Below, piece by piece: positions 59,055 through 64,000 of a stretch of 64,000 nt of DNA (the first letter of the stretch is position 1; the number at the start of each line of letters is the position of its first letter). The stretch lies in assembly GCA_036676395.1 (NCBI GenBank), contig JAKFCY010000002.1:2592001-2656000 (forward strand), read 5' to 3'. The position numbers and the translations under genes were made by a program. The notes under the pieces were generated by a model. It made no database searches, was not told the DNA's origin, and saw nothing but the letters and a program-made list of their open reading frames with translations. Source of the stretch: Bdellovibrio sp. (GTDB taxonomy: Bacteria; Bdellovibrionota; Bdellovibrionia; Bdellovibrionales; Bdellovibrionaceae).

Positions 59055-59381
59055 TTATACCTGCATTCTCATGATTTCTTGGTAAGCATCGATAATTTTA
59101 TTTCTGACTTGAACCATCGTACGTAATGCGATGTCAGCTTTCTCTGCTGATAACATAACGCCAGCGATATCATCTGTTTTGCCAGTCGCAAGCTCTTGCA
59201 TCTTAACATCAGATTCTTTTTGTACTTCATTCACTTTGCCAATGGCTTCAGTCAATGTTTCAGAAAAAGTTTTTCCTGCTTCGTTTGTTTGTGCTGCTTT
59301 ATTTAAATCTGCAAGAGAACCAGCAGTTGTACCGCCAGCTTCAACAAATCTATTCGCATTTGAGATATTTAAACCATCCAT
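59055..59381 (-). CDS. fliE: Flagellar hook-basal body protein FliE
   Basis: VML.AEKA.IAL...VQVRNKII.AYQEIMRMQV. ATG 59381 after GGAG. Confidence 0.95.
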   Translation of the reverse strand: MDGLNISNANRFVEAGGTTAGSLADLNKAAQTNEAGKTFSETLTEAIGKVNEVQKESDVKMQELATGKTDDIAGVMLSAEKADIALRTMVQVRNKIIDAYQEIMRMQV

Positions 59382-59463
59382 GGTTACTCCCAATTTCTTA
59401 GGCCTACGCGGCCCGGCCTTGTCGGCCACGTCCCGGCAATAATTGCTGGGCGTGTTACATTAA

Positions 59464-59907
59464 TTATCTACCAATTTCCAATGCACTTAAAGCCATATCT
59501 TTAGTTGCCTGCACAGCCTGTACGTTAGCCTCGTACGACCGTGTAGCTTGTATCATGTTAGTCATTTCTTCCATCAAGTTGATATTCGGGTAAGCGACGA
59601 ATCCATCTTCGTTCGCGTCTGCGTGTCCAGGCTCGTATTTCATGATAGGACCGCGTTTATCGTAGATGACATCAGTCACCTGGACCCGGTTTAAATCTTT
59701 TGTCGGATCATTAACCCCAACGATATCACCAAACGTCTTACCGTCTGGCATTGCCTCGAAAACCACGTCTTTACGGCGGTACGGGCCACCTTCTGGAGTT
59801 TTTGTCGTATTAATGTTGGCAATATTTGAAGAAATAGTATTCATGCGCGTGCGTTGCGCTGCCATACCACTTCCGCTAATTCTAAAGCCCGATAAAAAAT
59901 CTGACAT
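59464..59907 (-). CDS. flgC: Flagellar basal-body rod protein FlgC
   Basis: SGM.AQR.RMN.ISSNIAN..TT...GGPYRRK, YPNIN..EEM.NMI.A.RSYEAN. Confidence 0.97.
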   Translation of the reverse strand: MSDFLSGFRISGSGMAAQRTRMNTISSNIANINTTKTPEGGPYRRKDVVFEAMPDGKTFGDIVGVNDPTKDLNRVQVTDVIYDKRGPIMKYEPGHADANEDGFVAYPNINLMEEMTNMIQATRSYEANVQAVQATKDMALSALEIGR

Positions 59908-59909
59908 AA

Positions 59910-60278
59910 CTATCTACCTTCGCTAATTGCGTATCTTAGCGCCGCCATTTTTTTGTTAATTAATTGTAATGCTGACTTATACAAAATCGAGTTTTCTGCC
60001 AACGCTGACATTTCTTTTTCCATATCGACACTGTTGCCATCGTTGTTCACAGCGGCTTCAGGGTTATCGAAAACTTCTGCATTCACAGGCAAACCACCTT
60101 CAGCCGTACCACCAATTTCTAAAGATCTTGCCAAGGCCTCTTCAAATTCAACTTTTTGCGCTTTGTAACCAGGCGTTTCGTGATTGGCAATATTACTTGC
60201 TGTCACATTGTGCTTGATTTGGCGCATGCGGATCGAAGTTGCAAGAGCATCTGTTGTTTTGTCGAACAAATTACTCAT
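59910..60278 (-). CDS. flgB: Flagellar basal-body rod protein FlgB
   Basis: NIAN.ETPGYK, DGNSVD.EKEM..LAEN.I.Y. Confidence 0.95.
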   Translation of the reverse strand: MSNLFDKTTDALATSIRMRQIKHNVTASNIANHETPGYKAQKVEFEEALARSLEIGGTAEGGLPVNAEVFDNPEAAVNNDGNSVDMEKEMSALAENSILYKSALQLINKKMAALRYAISEGR

Positions 60279-60976
60279 AGGTAACCCTCCTGGCGGTATT
60301 GGTTGAGTTTATTTCTTAAGGTACGAATAGAAATTCCAAGAATCTCGGCAGCTTTTGTTCTATTTTGCTGGGCGAAAAATAATGTTTGCAAAATGTACTG
60401 GCGCTCGACGTTTTCTAATTTTAAACCTAATGAAAAAGACAAGTCGCGGTTAGATTCTTCTAATTTAAGATCTTCTGGCTCGATCACATTTTTTTCACAA
60501 ACTTGCACGGCCTGCTCTAAAGCACGCTCTAGTTCAGGAAATTCGCCAGGCCATCTGTAAGCCAGAATTTTTTCTTTAGCTTTTTCAGAAATTAAAATTC
60601 TGCCTGAACCATTCATTAAAGCATGCACTTGAATATGAAATTCAGCTAAAGCAATTAAATCATCTTTTCGTTCAACCAATGACGGCATCTGAATTACAAA
60701 AATGTCGTCATCAGTTTTTACATCATCCATATCAAGGCAAATATAAATTTTGTGATCTTCGATAATTGAAAGCTCGCTTAATTCTACGATTTCAAATTGC
60801 GAAAGCTTAAAATTAAGTTTTTGCAAATGCAGAGCTAAGGTTTTACGTCCAGAGCCTTTAGCTCCTTTGATCACTACGGTTTTATAATCACCGATTGATG
60901 GGTTACCAAGTTTTTGCACTATGTTGACCATGACTTGTGAACTGCAGTTCACTGAATTAAACTCTGCAAAACTCAT
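60275..60976 (-). CDS. Truncated or degenerate sigma-54-activator-like protein (partial AAA+, lid, Fis HTH)
   Basis: Walker A-like GAKGSGRKT, MPSL.ERK.D, Y.WPG...EL, NRTKAAEILGISIRTLRNKL. No GAFTGA or Walker B region. Confidence 0.75.
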   Translation of the reverse strand: MSFAEFNSVNCSSQVMVNIVQKLGNPSIGDYKTVVIKGAKGSGRKTLALHLQKLNFKLSQFEIVELSELSIIEDHKIYICLDMDDVKTDDDIFVIQMPSLVERKDDLIALAEFHIQVHALMNGSGRILISEKAKEKILAYRWPGEFPELERALEQAVQVCEKNVIEPEDLKLEESNRDLSFSLGLKLENVERQYILQTLFFAQQNRTKAAEILGISIRTLRNKLNQYRQEGYL

Positions 60977-63816
60977 TTTGCGTCCTCCGCTTTTTCAGAC
61001 TTTGACATTGCCGGTATACGTTTTAAATACTTTTTATTTTCTTCGCTCCAGTTAGAATCACGCATTTTGTTTTGCGCAAGCTGACTCCAGAACGACGCCT
61101 CGTTGCCTTTTAATTCGCTCCATACATTTTCAGCTTTTTTTAATTCACCCTGATTGAAATGCAATTCACCTAATTTATATCTGTAAGATGAAAGACTTTC
61201 TTTGCTTTCAAAATTCGTCAAAAGATTAGAAATAGTTTTAATCGCCAAGTCTGATTTTTTTTCGCTGATAGCTAAGTCAGATAGTTTTTTATAGGCTTCT
61301 AATTTATATTTATCTGAAACTTTGCTTTTTAAAAGTTCAGATAAATTATCGATCGCTAATTCTGGCTGCTTACGTTTGACTTCTAAATCCGCTAAATGAA
61401 GTACGCTTGGTGCTAACAATTCAGCTTTATCTTTCCAAACTTTAGTTAGCTCAGATAAATATCTAACAGCCGCATTAAGCTCGCCTTTTTTCTCGTATAA
61501 TAAAGCCGTGTAATGAACGCGGTTAATCTGATCTTGCTCTGTTAAGACATCAGGATTTTTTATCGATTGCATTTTTTCGTAAGCTTCTTGATAACGGTTT
61601 TCTTCAAACAAACATTGGGCTTGCATTAAATTAATCACATCTTCTGTCGGAATATCCTGATTAGCGCGAATCGCATTTGAAATAGTATCGTCTTTTAGTA
61701 AACTGATTTGTTTACGTAATTTATCGTATTGTTTTAAGGCTGTATTATAAGAACCTGCTGATTGATAAGCTTTCGCTACGTAAAAATTAGTATCAATGCG
61801 CGGTTGCGCTTTTAACCAAGTATCTGCGAAACGTTTATAAGTTTTTAAAACATTTCTAAAGTCATCTTTTGCAGAGTACTCTTTCATCTGGTCGTTAATA
61901 TTACGCATAATGCGTAATGTGACCTGAAATGAATCTGGTTTATTTGGCTCTTTTTGGTAAAAGTGCGTAAGAATTTCAATCGCTTTATCATACTCTTTAC
62001 GACGGGCATAACCATCAGCAATCATCGTTGTCTTAAATTGTTGAATGTCTTCAAGCTGGCTTTGTTCAGCTAACTCATTCATTTTAGCAATGGTTTCTTT
62101 TACTTCCTGAGGTTTCATAACTTTCATGCGTGTACTTAACATATGTAAACGCGGAACAACTGTTTTAGGGTTATCACCGTAACGAAAATGCGTTTCTAAA
62201 TATGCTCCAACAGATTTTGATTGATCAGCACCTAAGATTTCTAATAATTCACCCACGCGAGTTAATGCATACGGAGCATAATCATGCGCAGGATAACGTT
62301 GTACGAATTCTAAAGCTTCTTTGTGAGAAAGCTCAGGCAATTTCAGGCGAAATAAAGCTTCCATGCGATTAAAGTGTGAATTCGGAAATAACTGCGAATG
62401 GTTTGGATACTTTTTAAAAGCGGTATTAAAAGCATCAACAGCTTCTGTGTATTTATTTTGATGAAAGAAAAAATCACCACGACGATATGCCGCTTCGGCG
62501 CGGGTCATTTCATTTTTAGTTGTTTTTTCAACGTCATCTAAAAGATCCAAGCCGTCTTGTAATTTATTGGCACTGAGCATAGCTAAAGCTAATCCAAGTT
62601 TTGCGTACTCTTGTGACGGACGACCTTTATATGCAGGATTTTCAACATGCGTACTTAATTTTCTTACTGCAGTTAAATAATCTTTTTTATCCAGATTTAG
62701 AAAACCTAATAATAAAGAAGTACGTTCATTTAATTTTGATTCCGGAAACCGAGACATTGCTTTTGCATAGAACTGCATTCCATCATCAAAATATTTTGCT
62801 TCGCCCGTTTCACGCCATGTTTGCATGTGTGAATCACCGTTCATGTAATAAATTTGTTCTAAATATTGTGAATTTTTAAATTTCTTTTCAAACCAATCAG
62901 AAGTCTTTTTAAGAACTAGTGTTCTTTTACGCTCATACAGCAATTTTAAAAGTCGAGCTTGTTTATTTTCTTCTGTATCTGCCTGCTGAATTTCATACTG
63001 TGGAGGGTTGTTTTTCATCGCTGTCCAGAAATTCATTTCATGGCTTAACATCGGGAAGCGTAAATAGTAGTTAGCCAAACCTTTAATGATCGCATTTTTC
63101 TTGATTTCGATTTCTTTAATTTTAAAGCGGTGAAACTTTTCATCGCCCCCATCAAATAAGCCTGATTTAAGATCAATCTCTTGCTGGACAAACGTTAAAA
63201 TGCCGTTTTCTTCTTCGATTTTTAAACCATCAACATCGGCCGGGTATCTTGAAGGACTTTGATGTTTTTTATCAGTGGCCACTTTTCCTGTATTACTACG
63301 CGCTTTTTTAGCTTTCGATGATTTTTTAATAGGCTTACCAAAATCATCTAAAGTCGCTTCTTCGCCGTAAGGAACTACCTCGCCGTTACCATTGGCTTGC
63401 GGGGCTTTAACGCGCTCTTCATTTTTATAGAAATCGACAACTAACTTTGAAGGTTGATCAGTTAAGTAGTCAAAGGCATCCATTGAATCATTGGCTAAAA
63501 TAAATTCGATAACCGTAAAACCATCAACGGCTTTCGGCAAAACCTTAATCTCTTTTACAAACGGATTTTGAATTGTTTTTAAATTACGTGTTGAACTTTC
63601 ATCAAGACCTTTGACCTGTAACTGCACTTTCACAGTTTTACCGTCTTGCACGCGCTTCAAATCATAATCCCAATTTTTTTGGCCACTGACTTCAAAATTC
63701 AAAGTATCACCCTGAACTCGAAGGTTAGTTTGCATATTGCCAGCCCAAGACTTAGGTAATGAAATTCCTAAGATGATTATCGTCGCGGTAGTAAGTTTTA
63801 GAAAATGCTTTTTCAT
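60973..63816 (-). CDS. Large secreted TPR-repeat protein heading the flagellar operon
   Basis: Signal peptide, N-terminal beta domain, many TPR-like helices (e.g. AEAAYRRGDFFF, APYALTRVGE). ATG 63816, alternative TTG 63819. Confidence 0.85.
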   Translation of the reverse strand: MKKHFLKLTTATIIILGISLPKSWAGNMQTNLRVQGDTLNFEVSGQKNWDYDLKRVQDGKTVKVQLQVKGLDESSTRNLKTIQNPFVKEIKVLPKAVDGFTVIEFILANDSMDAFDYLTDQPSKLVVDFYKNEERVKAPQANGNGEVVPYGEEATLDDFGKPIKKSSKAKKARSNTGKVATDKKHQSPSRYPADVDGLKIEEENGILTFVQQEIDLKSGLFDGGDEKFHRFKIKEIEIKKNAIIKGLANYYLRFPMLSHEMNFWTAMKNNPPQYEIQQADTEENKQARLLKLLYERKRTLVLKKTSDWFEKKFKNSQYLEQIYYMNGDSHMQTWRETGEAKYFDDGMQFYAKAMSRFPESKLNERTSLLLGFLNLDKKDYLTAVRKLSTHVENPAYKGRPSQEYAKLGLALAMLSANKLQDGLDLLDDVEKTTKNEMTRAEAAYRRGDFFFHQNKYTEAVDAFNTAFKKYPNHSQLFPNSHFNRMEALFRLKLPELSHKEALEFVQRYPAHDYAPYALTRVGELLEILGADQSKSVGAYLETHFRYGDNPKTVVPRLHMLSTRMKVMKPQEVKETIAKMNELAEQSQLEDIQQFKTTMIADGYARRKEYDKAIEILTHFYQKEPNKPDSFQVTLRIMRNINDQMKEYSAKDDFRNVLKTYKRFADTWLKAQPRIDTNFYVAKAYQSAGSYNTALKQYDKLRKQISLLKDDTISNAIRANQDIPTEDVINLMQAQCLFEENRYQEAYEKMQSIKNPDVLTEQDQINRVHYTALLYEKKGELNAAVRYLSELTKVWKDKAELLAPSVLHLADLEVKRKQPELAIDNLSELLKSKVSDKYKLEAYKKLSDLAISEKKSDLAIKTISNLLTNFESKESLSSYRYKLGELHFNQGELKKAENVWSELKGNEASFWSQLAQNKMRDSNWSEENKKYLKRIPAMSKSEKAEDAK

Positions 63817-63830
63817 CAACTATTGAACAA

Positions 63831-63846
63831 AGCATTTCAAGTGCCA
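63831..63846 (-). promoter_or_regulatory. Sigma-54 promoter of the flagellar basal-body operon
   Basis: Minus strand TGGCACTTGAAATGCT: canonical TGGCAC -24 box and correctly spaced TGCT -12 box. Confidence 0.75.
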
Positions 63847-64000
63847 TGCTGTTGCGCCCGCGGTTAGCGGTTTAATTTCAGGCTAGGCAAAAATAACCAT
63901 GTTTTTTGGCGAACACCGACAATTCCATGACGTTCATGTCAACCGATCACTAGCGCTTTCGACTCGGGGCTCGACTAGACCTTCAAGCTAGACGCAGGAG

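Noticed and set aside
1..64000. CRISPR arrays, tRNA/rRNA genes, transposases, integrases, prophage or defence genes
   Set aside because: No regularly spaced repeats, cloverleafs or matching protein motifs were seen.

Overview
Gene-dense bacterial chromosome segment. Gene content suggests a Bdellovibrionota-like predator (inference): TIGR02147-type gene, paired DUF507 genes, stand-alone groES, many secreted hypothetical proteins, and a delta-type flgBC-fliEFGHIJK-flgDE operon led by a TPR gene. Housekeeping and metabolic genes: uvrD/pcrA, a KamA-family radical SAM, PBP1B, ileS-lspA-lgt, acs, yacG, a KimA-like transporter, HU, pfkA and a livKHMGF transporter. The most notable region is 19.6-26.6 kb. 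A radical SAM/SPASM maturase with a probable N-terminal RRE and a sigma-54-type promoter is followed directly by an unannotated 27-aa single-Cys peptide gene (22907-22990, MKKHIKKVKAQEVSEKPIKEPGCSPMK). The pair lies between two CHASE2-type sensor kinases and upstream of a sigma-54 NtrC-family response regulator. This is a candidate RiPP-based peptide signalling (quorum-sensing-like) circuit. Other oddities: a perfect 33-bp terminator duplication flanking a two-gene module, an unexplained structured intergenic element, a GroES with a histone-H1-like Lys/Ala tail, three tandem six-Cys secreted paralogues, a recurring intergenic GTC-N9-GAC palindrome, and a four-hairpin leader before flgE. No rRNA, tRNA, CRISPR array, transposase or integrase was seen. 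All family assignments come from motif recognition by eye, not database searches.
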